Source: Porphyromonadaceae bacterium UBA7207
Lineage (GTDB): Bacteria; Bacteroidota; Bacteroidia; Bacteroidales; Muribaculaceae
Length of the DNA stretch: 64,000 nucleotides
Direction: 5' to 3'
Assembly (NCBI GenBank): GCA_002490635.1
Contig: DKUJ01000022.1
Coordinates: forward strand, 7,146 to 71,145
This document shows, one piece after another, positions 17,951 to 27,383 of this stretch. Position 1 is the stretch's first letter, and each line of letters starts with the position of its first letter. The position numbers were made by a program, and so were the translations under genes. Below the pieces are notes generated by a model. The model was not told the origin of the DNA. It made no database searches and was given only the letters and a program-made list of their open reading frames with translations.

Positions 17951-18886
17951 TCAGGCGTTTAGGATTGCCCGAAGGAGTATGTTCTGGCCTCGTCCGCCGA
18001 GGCGGCGGAAATGATAGAGGAATCTCAGTATCGCGCGCTCGCGCATTGTCTTTCCGCTGCATATCTGCCCGAGGCGTTGGCGGCATAGTGATGAAATACC
18101 GGTGTCGGCGCCACGTGCGGTATTGCCCAGATTGATGGCGCGCACGCAGTCGGTCCACAGATGTGCCTGCGGAGGCAGGCTGCGGGATATGAGCCGGAGA
18201 GGCAGTTCCATGCGTTCTATATAGTCTCCGTTGATATTCGCGCTTATGGATGCGGCCTGCTCTACCGTGGTTACTGTTGCGCGACCGTTAAGCTTCACAG
18301 CTTTGGCTCCGCCGGCTACCATGCGCACTCCAAGCTCGATGTCGTCCCATAGTCTTACCTGCGGGTTCCACATTCCGGCGTTTCTCACAGTGTCGGTGCG
18401 GGCGCACCATCGTTGTGTGGCGTAGCCGCCGTCGAAGAGCGAGTGCCAATGGGCGTTGTCGGCGTAGAAACGGTGTATGGAGCGCTTTCCTGAGATATTC
18501 CGGTGAATTGTATCCCAGCCGAGTATGTCGGCCTCAGGATGGCTTTCTATGCCGTTCAGAACGCGTTCTATATGTCCGGGGTGCATCAGGTCGTCGGAAT
18601 CGAAGAAGAGCACCCATGGCGACTCCACGGCGTCCAGGCCGCGGTTGCGTGCGGCACAGGCTCCGGGTGTGCTTTCGGAGAGAACAGTTACCGGACGTTC
18701 GGGGGAGTTGTTTTCGGCCTGCCACTTGCGCAGCACTTCGATGCTGCCGTCGGTGCTGGCGTTGTCGACCAGCACGGTGGCGAAACGCGGGGCGGTCTGT
18801 TGCCTCAGGCTCCCGAGGGTGTGCTCTACCAGATTCCGGCGGTTGTGCACCGGAATCACTATTGTGAGCATATGGGCGCCGGACAT
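17951..18886 (-). CDS. Glycosyltransferase family 2
   Basis: TIVIPVHNR, VDNASTD, GACAARNRG, FFDSDD motifs. Confidence 0.9.
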   Translation of the reverse strand: MSGAHMLTIVIPVHNRRNLVEHTLGSLRQQTAPRFATVLVDNASTDGSIEVLRKWQAENNSPERPVTVLSESTPGACAARNRGLDAVESPWVLFFDSDDLMHPGHIERVLNGIESHPEADILGWDTIHRNISGKRSIHRFYADNAHWHSLFDGGYATQRWCARTDTVRNAGMWNPQVRLWDDIELGVRMVAGGAKAVKLNGRATVTTVEQAASISANINGDYIERMELPLRLISRSLPPQAHLWTDCVRAINLGNTARGADTGISSLCRQRLGQICSGKTMRERAILRFLYHFRRLGGRGQNILLRAILNA

Positions 18887-18892
18887 CGGCTG

Positions 18893-19729
18893 TCAGCGTT
18901 CTATCGCGGCGAGGTAGCCGGCCATGCGTTCGGCCATCTCGCGGGCAGCGGCAGCGGCGGCTTCCGCGAAGTCGTCGCCGGAAGAGGCATGGATAATGCC
19001 TCTTGAGCTGTTCACCAGAAGGCCGCATTCGTCGATCATGCCGTTTTCCACCACCTGTTCGAGATTGCCGCCCTGGGCGCCCACACCGGGCACCAGAAAG
19101 AAGTGACGGGGCACGAGCTTGCGCAGTTCCACAAGGCTTTCGGGACGTGTGGCGCCTACAACATACATTGTGTTCACCGGCGAGCCCCAGTGGCGGCTGA
19201 GGCGCACCACGCGCTGGTAGAGGGGCATGCCTTCGGCATCGGCGATTGTTTCGAAGTTTCCGGCCGAAGGGTTAGAGGTCAGAGCCAGCACAATGCTCCA
19301 GCGGTCGGCATGGTCGAGGAAAGGCCGCACCGAATCCTCGCCCATGTAGGGAGCGAGAGTAACGGCATGGCAGTCCATTGTGTCGAAGAACGTGCGGGCA
19401 TAGCGTGCGGCGGTGTTGCCTATGTCGCCGCGTTTTGCGTCGGCGATAACGAACTGGTCGGGGTAGTTTTTGCGTATATAGGCCACGGTATCCGCCAGCG
19501 CCTGCCATCCTTCCGCGCCGTGGCATTCGTAGAAAGCTGTATTGGGCTTGTATGCCACGCAATAGGGGGCTGTGGCATCGATTATGGCTTTGTTGAAGGC
19601 CAGGATTGCTGCCGCAGGATTTGCGTCGGCACCAAGCGAAGCGGGCATGCGTGCGGGATCGGGGTCGAGGCCTACGCACAGGAAGCTGCCTTTGCGGAAA
19701 ATGTTTTCTACTAATTCGGTGCGTTTCAT
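18893..19729 (-). CDS. pyrF: Orotidine-5'-phosphate decarboxylase (subfamily 2)
   Basis: LCVGLDPD, AYKPNTAFYE, DAKRGDIGNTA, LVPGVGAQGG, NSSRGII. Confidence 0.97.
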   Translation of the reverse strand: MKRTELVENIFRKGSFLCVGLDPDPARMPASLGADANPAAAILAFNKAIIDATAPYCVAYKPNTAFYECHGAEGWQALADTVAYIRKNYPDQFVIADAKRGDIGNTAARYARTFFDTMDCHAVTLAPYMGEDSVRPFLDHADRWSIVLALTSNPSAGNFETIADAEGMPLYQRVVRLSRHWGSPVNTMYVVGATRPESLVELRKLVPRHFFLVPGVGAQGGNLEQVVENGMIDECGLLVNSSRGIIHASSGDDFAEAAAAAAREMAERMAGYLAAIER

Positions 19730-19760
19730 ATCGTGTTGATGGCTTTTGTTTGTAATTGTT

Positions 19761-20870
19761 TCAGAGTTGCGCGGCCTTGAGTTTTTCGGCGTTTTCGGCT
19801 ACGGCGAGGGCATCGAGGAGTTCCTGGATGTCGCCGTCGACAAATGCCGCCAGATTATAGGCCGTGAAGTTTATGCGGTGGTCGGTAATGCGTCCCTGAG
19901 GATAGTTGTAGGTGCGTATTTTGGCCGAGCGGTCGCCGGTGGAAACCATTGTCTTGCGGCGCGAGGCAATGTCGTCGACGTATTTCTGGTGTTCTTTATC
20001 GTATATGAAAGTGCGAAGGCGGCTCAGGGCGCGTTCCTTGTTTTTGGGCTGGTCGCGGGTTTCGGTGCACTCTATGAGTATTTCCTCGCTCACTCCGGTG
20101 TTCGGGTTGCGCCACATGTAGCGCAGGCGCACACCGCTTTCCACCTTGTTCACGTTCTGGCCGCCGGCGCCGCCGCTACGGAAGGTGTCCCATTTTATTT
20201 CGCCCTCGTTTATCTGCACGTCGAACGGTTCTGCCTCCGGCAGCACTGCCACGGTGGCGGCGGATGTGTGCACACGGCCCTGTGTTTCGGTGGCAGGCAC
20301 GCGCTGCACGCGGTGCACGCCGCTTTCGTATTTCAGCACTCCGTACACACCCTCGCCGCTTATGGCCAAAACGACTTCCTTGAAGCCTCCGGCGGCACCT
20401 TCGCTGGCCGATGTCACGGCCACGTTCCATCCGCGGCTTTCGCAGAAGCGGATATACATCTTGCACAGGTCGCCGGCGAAGAGTGCGGCCTCGTCGCCGC
20501 CAGTGCCTCCGCGGATTTCCAGGATGGCGTTCTTGGAGTCTTCGGGGTCGGCAGGGATAAGCAGCAGACGGATTTCGTCCTCAGTGCCGGGCAAAGCCTC
20601 ATTGGCGCTGTCGAGCTGTTCCTGGGCCATCTGACGCATCTCCGGGTCGCTTTCGTCGGCAAGGATGGCGCGAGCCTCGTCGGCGCGGTCGAGCAGTGTC
20701 CGGTAGCGGCGTGTGGCCTCGGTAAGGCGTTCGAGTTCCTTGTATTCCTTTGTGAGGCGCACATAGCGTTGCATGTCGGCTATTACGGCAGGGTCGGTAA
20801 TCAGTGTGGCCACTTCGCGGAAGCGGCTTTCGATGCCTTCGAGTTGTTGGAGAAGCTTGTTGTCAGCCAT
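19761..20870 (-). CDS. prfA: Peptide chain release factor 1
   Basis: GGQ motif (GGAGGQNVNK), RVPATETQGRVHTS (PAT anticodon), IRTYNYPQGRITDHR. Confidence 0.98.
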   Translation of the reverse strand: MADNKLLQQLEGIESRFREVATLITDPAVIADMQRYVRLTKEYKELERLTEATRRYRTLLDRADEARAILADESDPEMRQMAQEQLDSANEALPGTEDEIRLLLIPADPEDSKNAILEIRGGTGGDEAALFAGDLCKMYIRFCESRGWNVAVTSASEGAAGGFKEVVLAISGEGVYGVLKYESGVHRVQRVPATETQGRVHTSAATVAVLPEAEPFDVQINEGEIKWDTFRSGGAGGQNVNKVESGVRLRYMWRNPNTGVSEEILIECTETRDQPKNKERALSRLRTFIYDKEHQKYVDDIASRRKTMVSTGDRSAKIRTYNYPQGRITDHRINFTAYNLAAFVDGDIQELLDALAVAENAEKLKAAQL

Positions 20871-21792
20871 TAGTAGTTTCCGGTTGATTGGCGGGAAGCT
20901 GTGTAGCGAAACTTTTTTTAATCTTCATTTTCACCTTCAGCTCGTCGAAGCCTTTGCCGTACACGCCGTTCACATGAGCCTGCGCGCAGAACGCGTTGGG
21001 GTCGATGCTCTTTATTATCCTGCTAATGGTCACGGCTTCGATTTTGCGGCACATTACCAGAAGCACTTTCACTTCTTTCTTGGAATACCATCCCATGCCT
21101 GTCAGGACAGTGCATCCGCGGTGCGCCTCGTTGTTGATGGCTGTGGCTATCTCTTCCCACTTGGAGGAAAAGACGGTGAACTGCACCGCCTGGCGGTCGG
21201 TGTTGATTACCATGTCGGCCACGTAGGAGCAGAGAAAGAGCACTATGAGGCCGAACACCACTTTGTCGATCTGCAAGGTAACGAAGTACGACGAGGATAT
21301 GATGAACAGGTCGGTATAGAGCATCGTGCGCCCTACGGTAACGTTGGAGTGCTTGCTCACCATGGCGGCAACAATGTCGGTTCCGCCCGAGGAGCCGTTG
21401 TGGGTGAATGCCAGCCCCACGCCAAGACCTGCGGCAACGCCGCCGATTACTATGTTGAGGAAGCTTTCGTCGGTGAATCCCGAGGCCAGCAGCGGCTGGA
21501 AGATGCCCAGGAAAACGCTCATCATGGTGCATCCGAAGATGGTGCCGAGCACAAACTGTTTGCCCACAATCTTGTATGCTATGGCCAGCAGGGTTAGATT
21601 GAGGGCATAGTTGGTGATTGCCACCGGAATGCCGGTGAGGAAGTAGACAATGGTGCTAAGACCTGCGGCACCACCGATTACCACCCTTTCGGGAAGAATG
21701 AAACCGCAGAATCCGAAGGCATAGATGGCCATGCCCAGCGAGATGAAGACATAGTCGCGGGCCGAGCGCCACAGGTTGATTTTTTTAGTCAC
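20863..21792 (-). CDS. YitT family membrane protein (DUF161/DUF2179)
   Basis: GGAAGLS, NGSSGGTD, HRGCT...GMGWYSK, IDPNAF; GTG start; -7 box TATCTTTG at 21828-21835. Confidence 0.9.
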   Translation of the reverse strand: MTKKINLWRSARDYVFISLGMAIYAFGFCGFILPERVVIGGAAGLSTIVYFLTGIPVAITNYALNLTLLAIAYKIVGKQFVLGTIFGCTMMSVFLGIFQPLLASGFTDESFLNIVIGGVAAGLGVGLAFTHNGSSGGTDIVAAMVSKHSNVTVGRTMLYTDLFIISSSYFVTLQIDKVVFGLIVLFLCSYVADMVINTDRQAVQFTVFSSKWEEIATAINNEAHRGCTVLTGMGWYSKKEVKVLLVMCRKIEAVTISRIIKSIDPNAFCAQAHVNGVYGKGFDELKVKMKIKKSFATQLPANQPETTNG

Positions 21793-21877
21793 TATTGTAA
21801 CGGCTTTGATGATGCGATAATTCGCGGCAAAGATAATACATTTTACAACAGTTTTCCGGCGGAAGCCAAAAAAACCG

Positions 21878-23122
21878 TTAAAGCAGCGATTTGTCGAGCG
21901 ATGTCTGGCAGGATGAGAGTGCCTCGCATATGGCGTGGCGGTCCATGTCCTTGCCTATGAATACGAGTTTCACCATCCTGTCGCCGTAGACGGGATCCCA
22001 GTCGAGGGCTATGGCTGGGTCGGCGGCCATGATGTCGCGGAGTTCCTCTTCAGGTGCGGTGGCGAACCACAGTCCGGCTTCGGTGAGCTTCTTCTGCCGG
22101 CCGGCGGTCTCGAACAGATAGCTCATGTCGGGGTTGTGCCTGAAGTAGACCACACCTTTGCAGCGGATTACCGATTCTGGCCAGCTGCCGGCGATGAAAT
22201 GGTCGAAGCGGTTGATATCCAGAGGCCGGCGGTCGGAATACACGAACGTGCCTATGCCGTATTCTTCGGTGTGGCCGTTTTCGCCGTGGTGGCAGTGGCC
22301 GCAGTGGCAGTCGGCGCCATGTTCATGGTGGTGCTCCTGGTGGTTGTGTTCGTGATGGTCGTGGTCTTCGTGGTTATGCCGGTTTTCTATTTCCTGCACC
22401 CATGTGGCGGAGGTGGCCACGTCCTCGAAGTCGAACAGGCTGGTATTCAGAAGGCAGTCAAGATCCACGTTGCAGTAGTCGCACTCGATTATGCGTGCCT
22501 TGGGCTGTATGGCACGTATCACGGCACGCACGCGGGCCGCTTCCCCGGCGGATATCTCGCTGATTTTGTTCAGCAGTATGATGTTGCAGAATTCTATCTG
22601 TTCTATTACCAGATTCTCGATGTCGTCGCTGTGGTGGTGTTCGCGCAGGCTTTCACCGCAGCCGAATTCGTCGCGCATGCGCAAGGCGTCCACAACAGTG
22701 GCTATGGCGTCGAGCCGCGGGATGCCCGCTTTGCGGTATTTACTCTCCATGTTCGGGATGGAACAGATGGTCTGGGCTATCGGCGCCGGCTCACATATGC
22801 CGCTGGCCTCGATAACGATATAATCGAATGAGCGGCTTTCCACAAGCGATGCCAGCTGTTCCACAAGGTCCATTTTGAGGCTGCAGCATATGCATCCGTT
22901 CTGCAGAGCCACCAAATCTGTATTGTCGGCGGCTTTGTCCTGTCCCACCACACCTCCTTTGGCAATGAGGGACGCATCGATGTTCACTTCGCCGATATCG
23001 TTCACAATCACTGCAAAGCGGATTCCGCGACGGTTGGTGAGTATGTTGTTCAGCAGTGTCGTTTTGCCGCTGCCAAGATAGCCGGTGAGCAGAAGCACCG
23101 GCACTTGTGTGTTGCTGGTCAT
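21878..23122 (-). CDS. COG0523/CobW-family metal-chaperone GTPase with His-rich linker
   Basis: GYLGSGKTT, NDIGEVNID, GCICC (CxCC), IEASG, His/Cys-rich stretch, CobW_C RCKG. Confidence 0.93.
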   Translation of the reverse strand: MTSNTQVPVLLLTGYLGSGKTTLLNNILTNRRGIRFAVIVNDIGEVNIDASLIAKGGVVGQDKAADNTDLVALQNGCICCSLKMDLVEQLASLVESRSFDYIVIEASGICEPAPIAQTICSIPNMESKYRKAGIPRLDAIATVVDALRMRDEFGCGESLREHHHSDDIENLVIEQIEFCNIILLNKISEISAGEAARVRAVIRAIQPKARIIECDYCNVDLDCLLNTSLFDFEDVATSATWVQEIENRHNHEDHDHHEHNHQEHHHEHGADCHCGHCHHGENGHTEEYGIGTFVYSDRRPLDINRFDHFIAGSWPESVIRCKGVVYFRHNPDMSYLFETAGRQKKLTEAGLWFATAPEEELRDIMAADPAIALDWDPVYGDRMVKLVFIGKDMDRHAICEALSSCQTSLDKSLL

Positions 23123-23733
23123 AGTTTTATGCTCTTATTGTAGAATTCCCTTAGGGAAAGTTGTTGTAGGTCTATAATTTTTTCGATGGATAGCGACGAC
23201 TCGTCGGTTTCGGCGAAGCGGTGTTCCGCAGGGGTGACTCTAAGAGCCTCGGGGTCGAAATGCTCGCCGAAGCTCAGCGAGTAGCCTGCATCGAGCAGCT
23301 GGCGGGCCAGAGCGGCGTTTCGCCGGAAACCGTGAATAATCCGCGGGCAATCGCCGGGCAGCTTTCTTGCAAGTGCCAGCAGGCGGTGCCATGCGCCCGT
23401 GCAGTGCACTATTATCGGTTTTCCGGCATCGGAGGCAATGGCGGCCTGGCGCAGAAATATCTGTTCCTGGATTTCGAGTGTGGCGCCGCGGCGGCTGTCG
23501 AGCCCGCATTCGCCCACAGCGACGACTTCAGGCCGTGCTATGGTAGCTTTCAGGCGTTGCCACAACTCTTCGGGAAGTGGTGCTGCTGTGTCCCAGGGGT
23601 GTATGCCTGCGCTGAAAAGGCGGCCTTCGGAGGCAGCGGGGGCGGAAGTATAGGACGGGAGGTTGAAGATGGCATGAGCCGACGGCCACTTGTGGGTGTG
23701 TATGTCGACAATTTCCGGTGGAAACGGATTCAT
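23119..23733 (-). CDS. TatD family hydrolase
   Basis: DIHTH, GIHPW, VGECGLD, IVHC, IIHGF, ETDES; ATGA overlap with yidD. Confidence 0.9.
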   Translation of the reverse strand: MNPFPPEIVDIHTHKWPSAHAIFNLPSYTSAPAASEGRLFSAGIHPWDTAAPLPEELWQRLKATIARPEVVAVGECGLDSRRGATLEIQEQIFLRQAAIASDAGKPIIVHCTGAWHRLLALARKLPGDCPRIIHGFRRNAALARQLLDAGYSLSFGEHFDPEALRVTPAEHRFAETDESSLSIEKIIDLQQLSLREFYNKSIKL

Positions 23734-23969
23734 GGCACGGGGTCGTAGCCGCAGCCTCCCCACGGATGGCAGCGCAGAATGCGCTTCAATGCAAGCCAGG
23801 AGCCTTTCATGGGGCCGTGGCGGCGCAGGGCTTCAAGTGCATAGGCACTGCAGGTGGGTGTGTAGCGGCAGCTTGGTGGAAACAGTGGCGAGATGCACAG
23901 GCGGTAGATGTGCACAGGCAACGACAGAAGCCATACTGCGGCTTCAGCAATCGGATTGCGGGCTTTCAT
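23730..23969 (-). CDS. yidD: Membrane protein insertion efficiency factor YidD
   Basis: [18 protein letters not shown]...[17 protein letters not shown]. Confidence 0.95.
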   Translation of the reverse strand: MKARNPIAEAAVWLLSLPVHIYRLCISPLFPPSCRYTPTCSAYALEALRRHGPMKGSWLALKRILRCHPWGGCGYDPVP

Positions 23970-24378
23970 TGTAGTATGTGCTCAGAGAGGAGAGTATTCT
24001 GCGCATGGCCTCGGCCACGGAAGCATAGCTTTTGAGCGAGTCGGCCACGTAGACGAATGCCAAGTCGAGCCGCAGACCGGGAGCAACGGGATAGGCTCCT
24101 TTCTGCAGGCGATATGCTTCGCGAATGAGCCTTCGCATGCGCACACGGTCCACGGCGTGGCGCAGACGCTTTTTGGGTACGCTGATCAGGAAGGCCACGG
24201 GGGCATCGCTCTTGCGCCGCGGATTGTTGCGGGCCACAGCGCGGAGGGGATAGGCAAGCCGTGAAAAATCGGCTCCGCCACGGCCGAACAATTGCTCGAT
24301 GGCCACGACGGAGCACAGTTTCTCTTTTTTGTAGAGAGGGAATTCTTTCACTTTACCTGCCGGATCATGAGTTGACAA
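23944..24378 (-). CDS. rnpA: Ribonuclease P protein component
   Basis: KKEKLCS...[27 protein letters not shown] (RNR-like motif). Confidence 0.92.
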   Translation of the reverse strand: MSTHDPAGKVKEFPLYKKEKLCSVVAIEQLFGRGGADFSRLAYPLRAVARNNPRRKSDAPVAFLISVPKKRLRHAVDRVRMRRLIREAYRLQKGAYPVAPGLRLDLAFVYVADSLKSYASVAEAMRRILSSLSTYYNESPQSDC

Positions 24379-25137
24379 TCAAGCGGAAGTCTTGTCTTTC
24401 TCGGTGGTAAGCCAGCGGTCGATGGCGGCGGGCATCGAGGGTGCCTCGGGTGCCGGAGCCTGGATATCGAGCCGGAGGCCGGCATCGGTCACACTCTTGG
24501 CAGTGGAAGGGCCGAGAGCGGCAATGGCGATTTTGTCCTGTTTGAAATCAGGGAAATTCTTCAGCAGGCTGTCGATTCCCTGCGGGCTGAAGAACACAAG
24601 CATGTCGTAATCGAATGCTTCGTCGGGAGCGAAGTCGTTGCTTACGGTGCGGTAGAGGGCGGCACGCGTGAAGTTGATTTTCGCCGATTCCAGCAGCGAG
24701 GATTCGGAGCCGTTGTTGACATCGCTCACGGCCCAGAGGAATTTCTCGGTCTTGTGTTTTGCCAGATATGGCACAAGATCGGAGAGGCGTCCGGTGTTGG
24801 AGGCGAAAATTTTACGTTTGCGGTACACTATGTATTTCTGCAGGTAGTTGGCTATGGTTTCGCTGGTGCAGAAATACTTCATGGTTATGGGAATGGTGAT
24901 TCTCATCTCCTCACAGAGACGGAAGAAACTGTCGACGGCTATTTTCGCAGTGAAAATCACGGCGGTGAAGTCGGCGATATTGATTTTTTGCTGGCGGAAC
25001 TCGCGGGAGCTCAATCCTTCTACCTTGATGAACGGGCGGAAAACGATTTCCACACCGTGTTTCTGAGCGATATCAAAGTAAGGGCTCTTTTCCGATTCGG
25101 GGCGGGGCTGGGATACTAATATTTTTTTAATGCTCAC
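24379..25137 (-). CDS. hemD: Uroporphyrinogen-III synthase-like protein
   Basis: KKILVSQPRP, YFC.SETIANYLQKYIVYRKRKI, LVFFSPQGI; conserved position before rnpA. Confidence 0.9.
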   Translation of the reverse strand: MSIKKILVSQPRPESEKSPYFDIAQKHGVEIVFRPFIKVEGLSSREFRQQKINIADFTAVIFTAKIAVDSFFRLCEEMRITIPITMKYFCTSETIANYLQKYIVYRKRKIFASNTGRLSDLVPYLAKHKTEKFLWAVSDVNNGSESSLLESAKINFTRAALYRTVSNDFAPDEAFDYDMLVFFSPQGIDSLLKNFPDFKQDKIAIAALGPSTAKSVTDAGLRLDIQAPAPEAPSMPAAIDRWLTTEKDKTSA

Positions 25138-25165
25138 TCTTTCAGGTGCTTAGTTGGGGTCTCTG

Positions 25166-26101
25166 CTATACGACAACTGTAAGAAAGCACAGCAGTCGGT
25201 ATATTAAAAGTACCGGTATGATTTCCAGGGTGCAAAGGTACAAAATAAAGTAAAGCAAAGAGCGCAGTTTGTGGTAAAAAATTTTAAAGCCCTTGACCAC
25301 GAAAACTGCTCTTGAAGCGGCATATATGGCCGCGGAAAGCCAAAGCATGGGTGTGGTCCATTCCGGGCGGCACACTATGAGCAGGGCGGGAGCGGCAAGC
25401 GCCAGGCCGGCTATTGCCGAGGATGCGGCAAAGCCCTGCACCCACTGGCGGCGCCCTTCGGGGCTGGAAAAGGAATAGCCTATCAGTGAATACACGGCAA
25501 TCTGGAAAAGATAGTACAGACCGAGTATTCCCATGGCGGCAGTGGTGCCGGAAAATGATGCTGTGGCGGGGCGACCGTTGATATTGTAGAGCACCACGCC
25601 ACCGAAGACAATGAACGCCAGAGCCAGAAGGAAAGCGGTGGGCAGGTGCACGCGGGTGTTGTCGTCGAAGGCGTTGTTGCGCCGGCGGTAGCCGGTGAGT
25701 TCGTTGCAGTAGGCACGCAGTGCGCGCAGCACCGACTGGCCGTTGAGCGCCGTAGCGGCGAGGGTGAGCATGAGTATGGCGGTGAGAATGCCTCCGCCGG
25801 AAGGGAAATCGGGTCGGCTCTCGCCTACGATGCCGCGCGTGAATCCGGAATCGACACCTACGACAGTGTGCGCGGCTATGGTGTCGGCAAGTAGATCGAC
25901 GGCCACGCTGTCGCGGTAGGTCTCGGTGGCGAAGTGTGGTATCCGGCCTGTCACGGTGTCGGCGAGAACGGAGTCGAATATGGCTGTGCACACTCCGTTG
26001 TCGACGAACTGTGCAGGCGGATTTAGGCTCCGTGGCGCCGGCGTTGGAGCAGGAATGCCAAACGGTGTCAGTGGCTGTGTGTGCAGGCTGTCGGCGGCCA
26101 T
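25166..26101 (-). CDS. DUF4271-like membrane protein
   Basis: Multiple TM helices and C-terminal LYFILYLCTLEIIP; conserved position before hemD. Confidence 0.85.
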   Translation of the reverse strand: MAADSLHTQPLTPFGIPAPTPAPRSLNPPAQFVDNGVCTAIFDSVLADTVTGRIPHFATETYRDSVAVDLLADTIAAHTVVGVDSGFTRGIVGESRPDFPSGGGILTAILMLTLAATALNGQSVLRALRAYCNELTGYRRRNNAFDDNTRVHLPTAFLLALAFIVFGGVVLYNINGRPATASFSGTTAAMGILGLYYLFQIAVYSLIGYSFSSPEGRRQWVQGFAASSAIAGLALAAPALLIVCRPEWTTPMLWLSAAIYAASRAVFVVKGFKIFYHKLRSLLYFILYLCTLEIIPVLLIYRLLCFLTVVV

Positions 26102-26670
26102 CAGAACTTGGCGGAGAATTCACGGTGTTCCACAGGTGCCAGAGCCATTTCCACGGCTTCGGCTGCGGTGGAGGCCACGCTGAACAGGCGCAGGTGGTCG
26201 GTGTTCATGAATCCGTGGTCAACGGCATTGTGGAGCATTGAAAGGAAAGCGTCGTAGTAGCCGGCGGTGTTGAAAATCACTATATTTGCATTCAGAAGCC
26301 CCAGCTGGCGCCATGTTATGGCCTCAGTTAGCTCCTCGAAAGTGCCTATTCCGCCGGGAAGAGCTATGATGCCTGTGGCTGTTGCGGCCATTTTCTCCTT
26401 GCGGGTGTGCATAGTGTCGGTGACTACGAGGTCTGTGAGTCCTCTGTGGTGCCAGCCGCGCTCGACCATGAAGCCGGGGATTATGCCGGTTACTTTTCCG
26501 CCGGCGGCAAGGGCTGCGTCGGCGGCCGCTCCCATCAGGCCGGTGCGTCCTGCACCGTACACAAGAGTGGCGCCGGCGGCGGCAATACGCCTACCGAGGG
26601 CGCTTGCGGCTTCGATGAACTCCGGCGCCAGATTCGCCGAGGATCCGCAGTATATTGTGATATTGCTCAT
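26101..26670 (-). CDS. LOG family (TIGR00730) nucleotide phosphoribohydrolase
   Basis: YCGSS, YGAG..GLMG, MHTRKEKM, PGGIGTFEE motif. Confidence 0.93.
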   Translation of the reverse strand: MSNITIYCGSSANLAPEFIEAASALGRRIAAAGATLVYGAGRTGLMGAAADAALAAGGKVTGIIPGFMVERGWHHRGLTDLVVTDTMHTRKEKMAATATGIIALPGGIGTFEELTEAITWRQLGLLNANIVIFNTAGYYDAFLSMLHNAVDHGFMNTDHLRLFSVASTAAEAVEMALAPVEHREFSAKF

Positions 26671-27383
26671 TGTTGTTTGCTGATTTTTTGCAGAGTCTGT
26701 TCCAGATACGGCGTGGGGCGTATTGTGTAGGCACGGCGGAGCAGGGCGGCGGCTTCGTCGCTGTCGGTCTGTAGCAGCCAGTAACCCAGAGCGAGCAGCA
26801 CATTATGGTTGTCCGGCTCTATGGCCAGGGCCTCGCGGAGCGCGGCTTCACCTGTGGTGTCGTCGCCTGCGGCGATGGATGCTTTGCCGAGAATCTCAAG
26901 CAGCGAGGTGTCGCCGGGCGATGCCAGCAGAAGCAGACGGGCATAGCATGCCGCTGAGGCGTTGTCGCCGCGGCGCATGCTGTGGTCGAGCAGCCGCAGT
27001 CTCAACGGGCGCAGCAGCCACGGCATTTTCTCTCCAAGAGTGGCGAGCAGCTGAGGATAGTATGGTGCTATGGAGCATGAATAGCAGTCGCGGCGCACGG
27101 CCTCGAGCAGAGTGTCGAGATTCACGGCATTGGAAAGGGCGCGTTCCACGGTTTTCGACGCCATGGCCGAGTCGCCGCGGATGGCTCCGGCCACAATCAT
27201 GCGTGCAGTGGCTCCGGCATCGGAGGGATTACGGTCGGCCACAAGGGTGTACAGCGCCTGCGCCGCGGCATATTCGCCGCTGTCCCAGGCGCGTTCGGCC
27301 TGCCGTACGAGTGTGCTGTCTGGAGTGCCGGCCAATGCGGCGGCAGCGACAGCAGTTGCCATTATTACAGACAGCAGGCGCAT
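26667..27383 (-). CDS. Exported TPR-like helical protein
   Basis: Signal peptide MRLLSVIMATAVAAAALA; TPR-like repeats; start overlaps the upstream TGA. Confidence 0.75.
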   Translation of the reverse strand: MRLLSVIMATAVAAAALAGTPDSTLVRQAERAWDSGEYAAAQALYTLVADRNPSDAGATARMIVAGAIRGDSAMASKTVERALSNAVNLDTLLEAVRRDCYSCSIAPYYPQLLATLGEKMPWLLRPLRLRLLDHSMRRGDNASAACYARLLLLASPGDTSLLEILGKASIAAGDDTTGEAALREALAIEPDNHNVLLALGYWLLQTDSDEAAALLRRAYTIRPTPYLEQTLQKISKQQ

